Shown: piece by piece, positions 1 to 9,753 of the stretch
How positions within the stretch are numbered: the first letter of the stretch is position 1
Layout: every line of letters starts with the position of its first letter
Assembly (NCBI GenBank): GCA_963816145.1
Contig: CAWFJP010000001.1
Location: 320,001-384,000 of the forward strand
Reading direction: 5' to 3'
DNA from: an uncultured delta proteobacterium
Lineage (GTDB): Bacteria > Desulfobacterota > Binatia > UBA9968
Length of the DNA stretch: 64,000 bases
The notes under the pieces: model-generated
The model's database searches: none
What the model saw: only the letters and a program-made list of their open reading frames with translations
Told to the model about the DNA's origin: nothing
Position numbers and translations under genes: made by a program

Positions 1-1817
1 TGACATCGATTGCTTCACACAAACGAGCCGCGGTCTCGGCAACGGTATTCAATACCGGCTGAATGTCCGTCGGTGAGCTGGCGATCACGCCCAGTATTTC
101 ACTCGTTGCGGTTTGTTGCTCCAGTGACTCTTTGAGTTCTTGAAACAGCCGCACATTCTCGATCGCGATAACCGCCTGGTCGGCGAACGTTTTAAGAAGC
201 GCAATCTGGCTGTCTAGAAACGGCTGAACTTGAAACCGCCGAATGCGGATCGCACCGATAGATACACCCTCGCGCAGGAGCGGCACCGCAAGAAGCGTAC
301 GACTTTCGCCAATACCAAAGGCCGCGCCATCTCTGAACCCTTGGTCATCCGCTGCACGAATGTCGTGAACATGGACTGTCTGGCGGTCGATGACTGCCCG
401 GCCGGCCGCGATTTCTCGTGAAACGGGACGAGTCTCCGCCGTTTGGCGCGATCCATGCGATGCCGCGCGTCGAAGAACATCCCCCTCTAACCGTAAGATC
501 TGCGCGTCATCGGCTTCGCACAGCCGAGCAGCATTCTCCGCCACCACATCGAGCACCGGCTGAATATCCGTTGGCGAGCTGGCGATGACGCGCAGGATTT
601 CGCTAGTCGCGGTTTGCTGTTCCAGCGCCTCGCGCAGTTCCGAGTTGGAGGATTCCAAGCTCAGCGGTTTTGTTGCTGACTTCTTCAAACAGATTTATGT
701 TCTCGACGGCGACACCGATCTGATCGCACATCGAGCTAATCAGCCGGACTTCTTCGGCGATGAGCTTTCTCGGCTTTTTGCCGATGCAGTTGATCGTCCC
801 CAAAAACTGTTCTTTCGATTTGATCGGAAAAATCGCAAAAAAACAGTCATCCCGCTGTTGAGTCGATTTGGTTTGACTGAGTTGCTGATAGCGCGGATCC
901 GTCTTTACGTTCTCGAAAAGAATCGGTTCGCCGCTCTCCGCCACCCTGCCCGTAAGTCCCTGGCCGCGGCGAAAGGCCCGAGGAGGAGGGGCTTCCTCTT
1001 GATGACCGAATGAAGCCGCCGCATATAAAGATTCTCTCTGCGCGTTGAAGAGATAAATCGTCACCTGATCAAAACTGAAGATGTCAGTGATCTTTCTCAC
1101 CACTTCATCAAGCACCGGCTTGATCTCCAGCGACCGACTGGCGGCAGCGGTGACATCATGCAGCGCCGCGAGATCGCGGTTACCGGCCTCACGTTCCTGA
1201 AACAGCCGCGCGTTCTCGATGGCGATCACCGCTTGGTCGGCGAAGGTTTCGAGGAGCTTGATCTGTGAGTCGGTGAAGGGGCGGACTTCCGGGCGACGGA
1301 TCAGAATCGCGCCGATGGAAAGCCCGTCGCGCAGCAACGGCACAGCCAGGGTCGTTCGATGTCCGATACTGCGCGCATAATTCTTGATAACCGGGTACTC
1401 GCTATCGACCACGGCAGCAAGGTCGCGAATATGAACCCTCTGCCGGTCCACCATCGCGCGCCCGGCCGGTGATTCGCGGTTGTAGGGCGTGTGTTCCAAC
1501 GCGACGGGCAAATCGCCGTAAGCTGCCACGCGGTGAATGAGATCGTTCTCGACGCGAAATATCTGCGCATCCTTGGCATCGCATAAGCGCGCTGCGCAAT
1601 CCGCGAGCGCATCGAGCACCGCTCGGAGATCGCCTGGAGACTTGGCGATCATGCGCAGGATCTCGCCGGTCGCTGCCTGCTGCTCAACAACCTCGGCAAG
1701 CTCGCGGCGCAGCGACTGCGGGGTCTGCGCCGGCTTTTTGGACGAAGCCTTTTTAGCCGCAACAGGGCGCGACTTTGCCTTGGTGTTCTTCGTCCCTCTT
1801 TTCCTTAATGTCGCCAT
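1..1817 (-). CDS. Multi-GAF domain sensor protein (probable histidine kinase or cyclase N-terminal region); +1 frameshift at ~658; runs off the left edge of the window
   Basis: Repeated GAF units with EQQ(A/T)AT(G/S)EIL.(M/V)IA.SP, AVPLLR.G.SIGAI and [14 protein letters not shown] motifs. ORF 603..1859 ends ...NKTAEL. Removing one base at 657-658 continues in frame as [34 protein letters not shown] with no stop down to position 1. Confidence 0.88.
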
Positions 1818-2095
1818 AGTACCACCGAGAGCGGACTGCTGACTTTTACGCCAGGTCATTGCTACGCGTCAAGGAAAGGAATGGGACGAACGTAAGGGGT
1901 GAAGGGTCAGGGGTTAGGCGAATCGGAAAGGAGAATCTCCAACAAAGGCGCTAAGGCGCAAGTCAGACCCCCTTTCGGTTTGACCAGCAGCACTCGCCTC
2001 TGAAAATCGTCACTTTGAGGATTTTAAAGTGCGAGTTTAGGATTCTCAAGGGTTGCCCGACGAAAGCAATCTTCGATTGGAAACCTCTTCCCAAA

Positions 2096-2180
2096 ACTTT
2101 GCGCCTTCGCGTCTTTGCGGGAGATAATCCGAATCCGGAAAAGAATTTTCTCGCGCAAAGCTCGCCAAGGACGCCAAGGT
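2096..2180. repeat. Palindromic intergenic repeat (ctttgcgccttcgcgtctttgcg...cgcgcaaagctcgccaaggacgccaag family)
   Basis: Imperfect inverted repeat of 9-bp units; a half copy tctcgcgcaaagcacgccaagaatgccaag sits at ~4637-4666. Confidence 0.6.
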
Positions 2181-2190
2181 AAGAAGCAAT

Positions 2191-2223
2191 AAAAAGGGGC
2201 ACGGATTACCGTGCCCCTTTTTT
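2191..2223. terminator. Rho-independent terminator (bidirectional shape)
   Basis: aaaaaggggcacgg-atta-ccgtgcccctttttt hairpin flanked by A and T tracts, 25 bp after the stop of 2249..3361. Confidence 0.8.
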
Positions 2224-2248
2224 GTTGCAACTTTGCGACTTCAGCCTG

Positions 2249-3361
2249 CTAGTGATGCGCCGCCTGTTCGTCCAGCGACAGGTTGACGTAGTGGTGCGAT
2301 TTCGACACCGCGCCGATGCCTTTGATGATCGTCTGCCAGTGCTCGCCTTCGTCGTCGCTGTAGAAGACATCGCCGTCGGTGGTGCCGGCGAAGATCGCGT
2401 AGCCGCCGTTCCAGACATCCATCGCCATGCCTTCGATGTTGGCGCGGATGTGGTCCGGCAAGCCGCCGCTCAGCATGTCCCAATTCTTGCCGCCGTCGCG
2501 GCTGCGCGCGATGCGCGCGTCGGCGGTGTGAAGTTTGCGCCAGGTGCCGGGGCCGGTCTTGGCGCCGGCGACAAATAGTAGATTCGGATCCTTCGGATGA
2601 ACGAAGAACGGATCGACGTAGCCGATGCGGAAGTCGCGCGGCGTCATGCTCTTCCAGCTTGCGCCGCCATCGCCGCTGACACAGAAGCCCGCCACCGTGT
2701 CGGGACCGCAGTTGGTCGTCGGCGCGGTGCCGTAGAGCTTGGTCGGATCGTTCGCCGGCACCAAGACGCGATGGGCGTCGGGGTTGATATTGTCCACGGT
2801 AGTCCAGGTTTGGCCGCCGTCGGTGCTGCGCAGGAACCCGCCGACTTCGACGGCGACGTAGATTATGTTCGGATCTTTCGGATGGAACGTGATGCTCTTG
2901 GCATGCGCAAGATGCGGCTCGCCGGGGAACGTCCACTTCTCGACACCCGGAACCTGACGCAGACCCGGCAGTTCGGTCCAGCTCTTACCGAGATCGTCGC
3001 TGAAATATAGATGCGCCGGCTGGGTGCCGGCATACAGGCGCGGCTTGCCGTTGACGATCTGGGTGGCGAGCGAATAGATTTCCTTCTCGCCTATGCCGTT
3101 GTCGCGCCGTTCCCAGCTCTTGCCGAGATCGCTGCTGGCGAAGATCTCGCAGCTGTAAGTGCCGCCGAACAGCATCTTGCTGGTCGGCTCGAAAATCACC
3201 GAGCTGAAATGCTTGCCCGGCACCATGGTCGCTTGCCGCGCCCAGGCGCCGCCATTTTTTTGAAATGAAAATATCCCGTCCACGGTGCCGACGAGCAACT
3301 TATCGGTCTGCGTCTCACCGTTGGTGAGCAACTGTCCTCCAGGCGATAGACATACAAACAT
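2249..3361 (-). CDS. BNR/Asp-box (Ycf48/WD40-YVTN-like) beta-propeller protein
   Basis: Six Asp-box motifs (SSDLGKSW, SDDLGKSW, STDGGQTW, SGDGGASW, SRDGGKNW, SDDEGEHW); RBS gaggaaggag upstream; no signal peptide. Confidence 0.85.
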   Translation of the reverse strand: MFVCLSPGGQLLTNGETQTDKLLVGTVDGIFSFQKNGGAWARQATMVPGKHFSSVIFEPTSKMLFGGTYSCEIFASSDLGKSWERRDNGIGEKEIYSLATQIVNGKPRLYAGTQPAHLYFSDDLGKSWTELPGLRQVPGVEKWTFPGEPHLAHAKSITFHPKDPNIIYVAVEVGGFLRSTDGGQTWTTVDNINPDAHRVLVPANDPTKLYGTAPTTNCGPDTVAGFCVSGDGGASWKSMTPRDFRIGYVDPFFVHPKDPNLLFVAGAKTGPGTWRKLHTADARIARSRDGGKNWDMLSGGLPDHIRANIEGMAMDVWNGGYAIFAGTTDGDVFYSDDEGEHWQTIIKGIGAVSKSHHYVNLSLDEQAAHH

Positions 3362-3559
3362 AATCGATCTCCTTCCTCGGATTAAATCGTTTAGGTCGCT
3401 ATTGGAAATACTGATACCAACGAGCTAGGGCACGACTCTACTGAACCTGTCGCCATCTCGTCAAGCTGATTACCGTTTTCGCCACATATCCGACCGGCTC
3501 CCGGAACGATTATGCCGCCGCTCGGTCTAGACGAGCCAAATGAGCGGAGTCGGCAACAT

Positions 3560-3870
3560 GGCAGCATTAGCCAATAACAGCGGGTAATCCAAAGCTGTCG
3601 CGATTCTCTTCAGCCGTGGTGGTGGCTTGTCCCCCCTTACGATACCCCAAAAGCAGCTCCAATGTGGCTCGCTCTGGTTCACCTGCTTCATGATCTCCGA
3701 ACCCAAGCCCCCCGATTCCTCCACCGGGCGGATTCTCTTCGGCTTGTTGGTCGCGGCCGGCGCCGCCTTCCTCCAAATCGGGCTATTTGGTGCCAATGGC
3801 CTTCCCTGGTCGCTACTTGCCGTCTTTTCCTGACGCTTTATCATCGACCAGCAATTTCCTGGAACAAAAT
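3560..3870 (+). pseudogene. Degraded remnant of an NqrB/RnfD-like membrane protein gene
   Basis: Translation QLQCGSLWFTCFMISEPKPPDSSTGRILFGLLVAAGAAFLQIGLFGANGLPWSL resembles the FFMISDPKTTP..GRI.F..LVA C-terminal part of NqrB-like proteins that usually precede DUF2330 genes; no full ORF. Confidence 0.55.
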
Positions 3871-4074
3871 ATCAACGCCATAGTCTAATACGATTGGTAT
3901 CGAAAAATGGCACCAACTGCCCAAAAAACCGGCGTACTCCCGGCACTTCTGCTCGACCATTCGGCTCCCCCCCGGGCGGCGCGCCAGGTTTGCAGCAGTT
4001 ACGCGGCCAAAGCGGAGACCAATAATAAAACTTCCCAAGTGGTGCTGGACCGAGAGAACGATAGGACTATCACC

Positions 4075-4488
4075 ATCAAGGACTTCCACCGGGACATGTT
4101 CGATCAACAGGTCAAGAAAGCCGACATGCGCGCGGTGTTTACCGAATACGCTTGGGACATGAATTGGTGTGACCCTTGCGCCGCAGATCCGCTTTCTCAT
4201 GAAGAGCTTCGAAGCCTGGGCGTCTTCTGGTTAACCGAAACGCCTCCTGATTTCGTCCCGGGTCGCGGGCCCCGTCCCATCGTGCCTCCGATGGGCCGGG
4301 CCCGCGATGTTTTAGTCACGCCCATGCATGTGCGCGACGACGCGCAAAATTTTCCCGAAAACTTGGTGCTTTCAGAAACCGCCGAGATTGCCGGCTCTGA
4401 GCTCACTGACATCTACTCAAAAATGAACCTCCGCACCGCTGATGCCGGCACCGACGGCCAGTGGTGGCAAAGACTTTGGACGAGTTAA
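4075..4488 (+). pseudogene. DUF2330 protein C-terminal fragment
   Basis: RAVFTEYAWDMNWCDPCAADPLS.EELR.LGVFWL is characteristic of DUF2330. The N-terminal half is absent and the sequence jumps from LSETA to a terminal ...WWQRLW segment. Confidence 0.7.
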
Positions 4489-4528
4489 CCGCGGCGGCGT
4501 GAGATAGGCTCACGTTCGTTGCCTCCCA

Positions 4529-4568
4529 CACAACGCCCAGGCCGCAAGGCTTGGGCGTTGTGCGTTTT
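4529..4568 (+). terminator. GC hairpin with short T tail (terminator-like)
   Basis: cacaacgcccaggcc-gcaa-ggcttgggcgttgtg followed by cgtttt. Confidence 0.5.
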
Positions 4569-4668
4569 GGGCCCGGAAAATACCGCTTCAACACGAACAA
4601 CCCAGCACACAACGGCCTCGACCGATTCTCGGAATATCTCGCGCAAAGCACGCCAAGAATGCCAAGTT

Positions 4669-4890
4669 GGGGGGATTGCATTCTTGTTACTTTGGACGAC
4701 GGCGACTGCGGCGATCAGACTCGGCGCCGTGGCCGCCGGCCTCATCGGATGGTTGATAATCAAGACGACCATCATCGAACGGACGGTTCTGATCGCCTAT
4801 CCGAGCCTGATCCAAGATGTCATCGACATCGGCTTATTTGGCTTGGCTGGGCTTTTACATTACCGCCGGCGCAGAGGCGCGGCAATTTAG
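4669..4890 (+). pseudogene. Probable C-terminal remnant of a TRAP (4TM/12TM fused) permease
   Basis: WTTATAAIRLGAVAAGLIGWLIIKTTIIERTVLI-AYPSLIQDVIDIGLFGLAGLLHYRRRR resembles the hydrophobic end of TAXI-type DctM fusions; no plausible start. Confidence 0.4.
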
Positions 4891-4906
4891 AGGTTTCGAC
4901 GGCGGA

Positions 4907-5428
4907 CTAAGATCTGCGCCCGATCAACAGGCCGCAAACAAAGAGTTGCAAACGCTCGCGCTCGCTTTGACGCCACTGGATAAATTCGACACCGGCGATT
5001 TGATTATGCCAGTGACGCAGTACCGCCGCTTCGACGATCACCGGCGCGGCGTCGTTGGATATCCTCAGTTCCAGCCGCATGATCGCACCGATGGCAAGCT
5101 TGCTCGTGGTGGTGAAGCTACACCCACCCATAGCGATGTTGAGCACGAGGCCATTGCCCTCAAACTGGTCGCCGCGAAACAGCACCGGAAAGTTCATCGC
5201 CATCCGGTCGTATTCGCGACGGTCCTCGTCGACGTGGAGGTAGCGCACCCCCCATTGGAGATAACGAAAGCGAAAGCCGCAGATCTGGCATCTGAAGGGG
5301 TAGACGTAAAACCAGCCCGCTACCCGTTCCTTTAGTCCGACCCGAGCGACGCGCCGGACAAACTCGCGGGAACAATTCGGGCACTTCAGTTGCGGCATGG
5401 GCTGACTCTCCACCAGACTAGACGGCAT
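4907..5428 (-). CDS. PilZ-domain protein with N-terminal zinc ribbon
   Basis: CPNC...CQIC pair followed by RREYDR (RxxxR) and NIAMGG (D/NxSxxG-like) c-di-GMP binding motifs, and AGVEF near the end. Confidence 0.8.
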   Translation of the reverse strand: MPSSLVESQPMPQLKCPNCSREFVRRVARVGLKERVAGWFYVYPFRCQICGFRFRYLQWGVRYLHVDEDRREYDRMAMNFPVLFRGDQFEGNGLVLNIAMGGCSFTTTSKLAIGAIMRLELRISNDAAPVIVEAAVLRHWHNQIAGVEFIQWRQSERERLQLFVCGLLIGRRS

Positions 5429-5702
5429 GGTTTCTCGCACCGACAAGGCATTGTAAATTCACGCCGACAACGTCACAAGCGTATTCTTAGTCAGCTACCC
5501 TGAAGCGATCTTAAGTCAATTTGGCAAAAGCCGTAGAGAGTCGTGGGCACTCGCCTCGAAAATCGTGGTAGACGGACATCAATGCCTTCGCTAGATTAGT
5601 TGCTGCAAACGAACGCACCAGAAGTCGAGTCGTTGGTTGCGTTTCACACCAGCCCGTATGATTCGCCAGTGAATCCAGCGTTCCACCGGTCGGTCACGAC
5701 GA

Positions 5703-6731
5703 CTACTCAGAAAGCAGTTTCTTCATCCGATCGGTAATCTCCTTGGGTTGGGAAACGATCTCTTTCGCCAGCGCTTCCAACTGCTCGCCATAATCGGGAT
5801 CGATCTCAAACTTGCGCGCCTTGACGTCGGCCAAGAAACCAGGGTCAGCCATGGTCTGGCGAAAGGCGTCGCGCAGGATCTTCAAACGATCGGCCGGAAT
5901 CGACGGCGGCGTGATAAACGGCCGGCCGAGATCCCCCGAGGCGAGTATCGCCACGACCAGCGCGCGAGTCGACGCCGGCGTTTTATACTCCGTCATTAGC
6001 TCATGAATTGTCGGCACCTCGGCCATCTTCGGGTCGCGCTTGCGGCCGGTTTGCAACAGGATGCGCACCATATTTTTCTTGCGCCAGGTGGTAAATGGCT
6101 CGCGCGCGAAAAAAGTCGGGATGCTCAGCGCGCGGCAAACCACCTCGCCGCGCTCGAAGGCCAAGTCCTGCTCCGAACCGCCCTGATAGCCCATGACGAC
6201 ATTGAACTTTGCGCCGAACGCTTCTTCGAGAAGCTTGGGAATGAAATGGCCGCTGGTACCGCTGCTCGTCGCCGAACACTTGGGGGCCTCCTTGGCCTTG
6301 CGGACATCGTCAATACTCTTGTACGGCGTGGTCGTGCTCATGTAAAACAGCCATGGCGTATTCTCCGTCGAACCGACCCAGCCAAACTTGCCCCAATCGA
6401 ACTTCACCTCTTTCTTGCCGATCACTTGATCGAGATAAAGCGACGGTCCGATGGCAGCCATCGTCAGCCCGTCCGGTTTGGCAACGTTGTAAATATTGTT
6501 CGCCGCGATCATCGACCCGGCGCCGGGAGTGTTGACGACCATGAAGTTGGGATTGCCGGGAATATGCTTGCCCATATGCGCCGCCAAGAGGCGCGCCCAG
6601 ATGTCATATCCATCGCCCGCTTGATAGCCGACAACGATCGTCACCGTCTTATTCTGGTAGAACGGCGCCTGGGCCTGGACGCTAGCCCGTGAGACAAAAA
6701 TCATTATCAAACCAAGAATCAATTTGTGCAT
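5703..6731 (-). CDS. Tripartite tricarboxylate transporter (TctC/Bug-like) substrate-binding protein
   Basis: Signal peptide, GYQAGDGYD.WAR, HIPGNP.F.V.N.PGAGS, AKPDGLT, GYQGG motifs; RBS ggagagga. Confidence 0.9.
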   Translation of the reverse strand: MHKLILGLIMIFVSRASVQAQAPFYQNKTVTIVVGYQAGDGYDIWARLLAAHMGKHIPGNPNFMVVNTPGAGSMIAANNIYNVAKPDGLTMAAIGPSLYLDQVIGKKEVKFDWGKFGWVGSTENTPWLFYMSTTTPYKSIDDVRKAKEAPKCSATSSGTSGHFIPKLLEEAFGAKFNVVMGYQGGSEQDLAFERGEVVCRALSIPTFFAREPFTTWRKKNMVRILLQTGRKRDPKMAEVPTIHELMTEYKTPASTRALVVAILASGDLGRPFITPPSIPADRLKILRDAFRQTMADPGFLADVKARKFEIDPDYGEQLEALAKEIVSQPKEITDRMKKLLSE

Positions 6732-6787
6732 AGAATTCCTCTCCGTTTTCCGAACTCGCGCCTGCCGCCTCAAGCCTCGCGCCTAAC

Positions 6788-7142
6788 TCATCCACCGATC
6801 AATTTTTTCATCGCTTCCAGTGACTTGCGCCAGATAGAGCCCGGGAGAAAATGTTCCCATGGTCAAGCCGTCGGGCTTGGCGACGTTGTCGATATAATTC
6901 GCCGCCACCATCGAACCGGCGCCGGTGATATTCTGGACAATGAAAGTCGGATTGCCGGGAATATGTTTGCCCATGTGGCGCGCATAGGCGCGCGCCCAAA
7001 GATCGTGGCTATCGCCGGATTGGTAGTCGACGACGAACTTGATGGTCTTACCCTGATAGAAATTCGCTTGGCCCGGCGAATCAGGCGGTGACAGTCCGAG
7101 CAGTAGTCCAATCAGCGTGACGCCGATGACTATGCGGGTCAT
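6788..7142 (-). pseudogene. TctC/Bug-like paralog with a large internal deletion
   Basis: The first ~105 aa match the neighbouring TctC (HMGKHIPGNP, AKPDGLT). Immediately after QVT an out-of-frame LEAMKKLIGG-stop matches the family C-terminus (cf. DRMKKLLSE, ERMKKVLGE). Confidence 0.8.
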
Positions 7143-7302
7143 AGGTTGAAAAGTCGCCGATAATTTTCGGTTGCAATCGATTGGCGCATCTCGAAGTCAA
7201 CAAAGTGGTAGGGCACAGAGTACTCCTTAAGAATAAATATTTGCCGCGCACAGCGATGCTATCTTAGGTCGAGTGACGTGGAGAGCCAACCGACAGAGTT
7301 GA

Positions 7303-7377
7303 TTGGAGTGATGGAGCGAAGGCGTAGTGGAATTCAAGAAACCCATCAATCCACGACTCCATCACTCCATTACTCCA
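7303..7377. repeat. Short tandem/inverted repeat (tggagtga / tcactcca units)
   Basis: ttggagtgatggagc ... actccatcactccattactcca. Confidence 0.5.
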
Positions 7378-7389
7378 GTCCGTGCCTAT

Positions 7390-8853
7390 CTACTTCGCCG
7401 GTGGCTTTTTTGCCGCTGACGGGTCTTTGCCGATCGCCTTCATCAGCTCGACGTAGGGCACGATGTTGCCGTGAATCGGCAAAATCCGCTCGACCTCGAG
7501 ATTGAGTCGGCGCACGTTGGCTTCCAGGTTAACCGAATAAGGATTGGGGGTTTTGGGTATGCCGAAAGGTGAAAAGACGTCCGCCTCGACTAACAGTTTT
7601 TCCTTGCGCAAGTACGCCATGACTATTCCGTCATGATGCCCATTGCCAACGATTTGATAGAGCTCCACCGAACGCGCCCCGTCGGTCAAAACCATATTAT
7701 CGCCCATGGTTTGGAAGACCAGTTTCTTCTTTGACTTCGCCAGACGGTCCGGCGCCAAGCTCCAGCTATTTGCTGCCGCGCGCTCGTAGTACGGCCGGTT
7801 CAGTTCATGGGTCACGATAGTGACGCCCTCAGCGGCATAGGCACGGATGCCGCCGGAATGATCGATATGATGATGCGTGTTGACCAGATACTTGATCGGC
7901 TTATTGGCCACAAGTTTTTTGACTTCGCCCATAACGGCCATTGAACGGAGATCGCCCAACGGCGCTTCGACGACGATGAGATAGTCCTTCATCTCGATGA
8001 GGACGCTGTTATAGGAGCCACCGCCAATAAACCAGGTTCCGTCGGCGACTTTTTCCGATTTTACCGTTACCGGCTCGCTGCGGACATTGCCAGGCACTGC
8101 AATGTCCACGGTCGGATTCGCTCTTACGGCAGTTACAGTGACATCGAGAGACGGCAAGCCGTCCTGGTATTGAATGATTTTCGCTGGAAACTTGATGCCG
8201 CCAAAGTCACGGTAGGGCCCATAGTACGTCACGACCTTCATGTCTCCGACGACCGGGTGGCCGTATGACGACTCTACTTTCTCGATGGCGTTTTGATCGT
8301 TCGCATAGGCAACCACTTTAAATTTGCCTTGAACGGTAAACGAGATCACCGCCATTTCCTTTCCTTCGATGGTCCTTTTGGCAACCGTCGCGTTGTTGGC
8401 GAAGGCGGCGCGCACCAGCCCGTGCGGCGAGATTACTAAGGAATGAGCACGCTCGTTGGCATCTTGCGGCGCCGGGACCGCGTCTTTGCCGGATTCGTTC
8501 CAGGCAAGGTCACCGCTCACGAGGGAAATCTGTCGTTGATCGCCTTCGATGGGCTGATAGTCGCCGCCACTCGGCGGGGCTTCGCCTTGGGAACGAACCA
8601 ATTCATCGCGCATGGCACCCGCGGAAAAATCGTAAACCCGCGTCAAGCTCTTGATATACGCCCTGGGGTTAGCCGCCATCGGGCTGGTCGCCTGCCCAAC
8701 GGCCCACATCTTGCCATTGCCGGTGAATTGAAAAGTCTTGGTCGTCGACACGTCGAGCGCATCGGCGATTTGTTGCAGCACCGAATCCGCCGCGCTTGCC
8801 TTAAACCCGGCAAACACAACGAACGCGAGCGCGAGGACAATCCTTTTAAACAT
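7390..8853 (-). CDS. Secreted MBL-fold metallo-hydrolase with N-terminal extension
   Basis: Signal peptide MFKRIVLALAF...ASA; THHHIDHSGG motif, H-H-D, EAD and PIHG. Confidence 0.85.
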   Translation of the reverse strand: MFKRIVLALAFVVFAGFKASAADSVLQQIADALDVSTTKTFQFTGNGKMWAVGQATSPMAANPRAYIKSLTRVYDFSAGAMRDELVRSQGEAPPSGGDYQPIEGDQRQISLVSGDLAWNESGKDAVPAPQDANERAHSLVISPHGLVRAAFANNATVAKRTIEGKEMAVISFTVQGKFKVVAYANDQNAIEKVESSYGHPVVGDMKVVTYYGPYRDFGGIKFPAKIIQYQDGLPSLDVTVTAVRANPTVDIAVPGNVRSEPVTVKSEKVADGTWFIGGGSYNSVLIEMKDYLIVVEAPLGDLRSMAVMGEVKKLVANKPIKYLVNTHHHIDHSGGIRAYAAEGVTIVTHELNRPYYERAAANSWSLAPDRLAKSKKKLVFQTMGDNMVLTDGARSVELYQIVGNGHHDGIVMAYLRKEKLLVEADVFSPFGIPKTPNPYSVNLEANVRRLNLEVERILPIHGNIVPYVELMKAIGKDPSAAKKPPAK

Positions 8854-8975
8854 ATTAACGCCTCCCGTAGTCTTAGATATTTTCGGCATGCCCGCTGATT
8901 ATTTGCCGGCGACACTACCTGATGACGTTGTTCACTGTCAATGCCGTCTTGGGAGCTTGTGTCCGGCGCCCCAAC

Positions 8976-9533
8976 TTAATCCTTGAAGCGTCCAATCCAC
9001 ACTGCAAACGCATCGAGGAATTTCTTGACATGCTGACGGGTGTTCTCGTCGGTAAGTTTGCCTTCCGCGTCGAACAGCGCTGCCGCCGACGGGATCTTGA
9101 TCTCTGGCTGCGACATCACATGGGTCTCGGTAAATACAAACGACTGGCGCAACGCATGCTGACAGCGGATCGTGCCGCCGAGTCCGGGAGAGCAGCCCAT
9201 GAGCGCCGCGGGCTTGCGATTGAGCACGCACCTGCCCGCCGGCCGCGACGCCCAATCGATGGCGTTTTTCAAAACGCCGGGGACGCCGTAGTTGTATTCC
9301 GGACTGACGATCAGCAGCGCGTCGGCCGCGCCGATAAATTTTTTCATATCGGCTACCGGCTCCGGATCGCCGTTGACGAAGACATCGTCATTGTAGGGCG
9401 GAATATCGCCCAGCCGCGTGTAGATTTGAATCTCCATCCCCGCAGGCGCCAACTCCGGTGCCGCCCGCAGTAAGCCCATATTCATCGACCCTACGCGCAA
9501 ACTCCCACAGATTCCGGCAACTCGAATGGACAT
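8976..9533 (-). CDS. NADPH-dependent FMN reductase (ChrR/SsuE-like flavodoxin fold)
   Basis: GSLR.GS.N and SPEYNYGVPGVLKNAIDWASRP motifs. Confidence 0.92.
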   Translation of the reverse strand: MSIRVAGICGSLRVGSMNMGLLRAAPELAPAGMEIQIYTRLGDIPPYNDDVFVNGDPEPVADMKKFIGAADALLIVSPEYNYGVPGVLKNAIDWASRPAGRCVLNRKPAALMGCSPGLGGTIRCQHALRQSFVFTETHVMSQPEIKIPSAAALFDAEGKLTDENTRQHVKKFLDAFAVWIGRFKD

Positions 9534-9664
9534 CCGACCTCCAAACCAAAGATGATCGAGAAATGTATAAGGTGCGAATCGGGGTGGGTCAAGCAGACCG
9601 TGAAGAAATTCGGTTCAAAGTTCAAACATGGAACTCAAGACAGCGGGCTGTCCATACGCTCCGA

Positions 9665-9745
9665 TTGAACCCTTGACCTTGAACGCTTGAACCGACCGAT
9701 TCCCGAACGGTTTGAACGTTCTGAACGACTGGAACGATTGGAACT
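9665..9745. repeat. Intergenic short tandem repeats (ttgaacc 7-mers and (t/c)tggaacga 9-mers)
   Basis: ttgaacccttgaccttgaacgcttgaacc ... tgaacgactggaacgattggaac. The 9-mer family recurs at ~24473, 27481, 41160, 42410, 48684, 59016, 60048 and 60170. Confidence 0.7.
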
Positions 9746-9753
9746 CTTACTCT

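Noticed and set aside
4490-4570. Amino-acid attenuator or tRNA 3' remnant
   Set aside because: No convincing leader peptide, T-arm/CCA or downstream biosynthetic gene; kept only as a hairpin.
5521-5580. ggcaaaagccgtagagagtcgtggg resembling a c-di-GMP-I riboswitch near the PilZ gene
   Set aside because: It is on the wrong strand for the PilZ gene and lacks the GAAA stem and GCAAAG elements.
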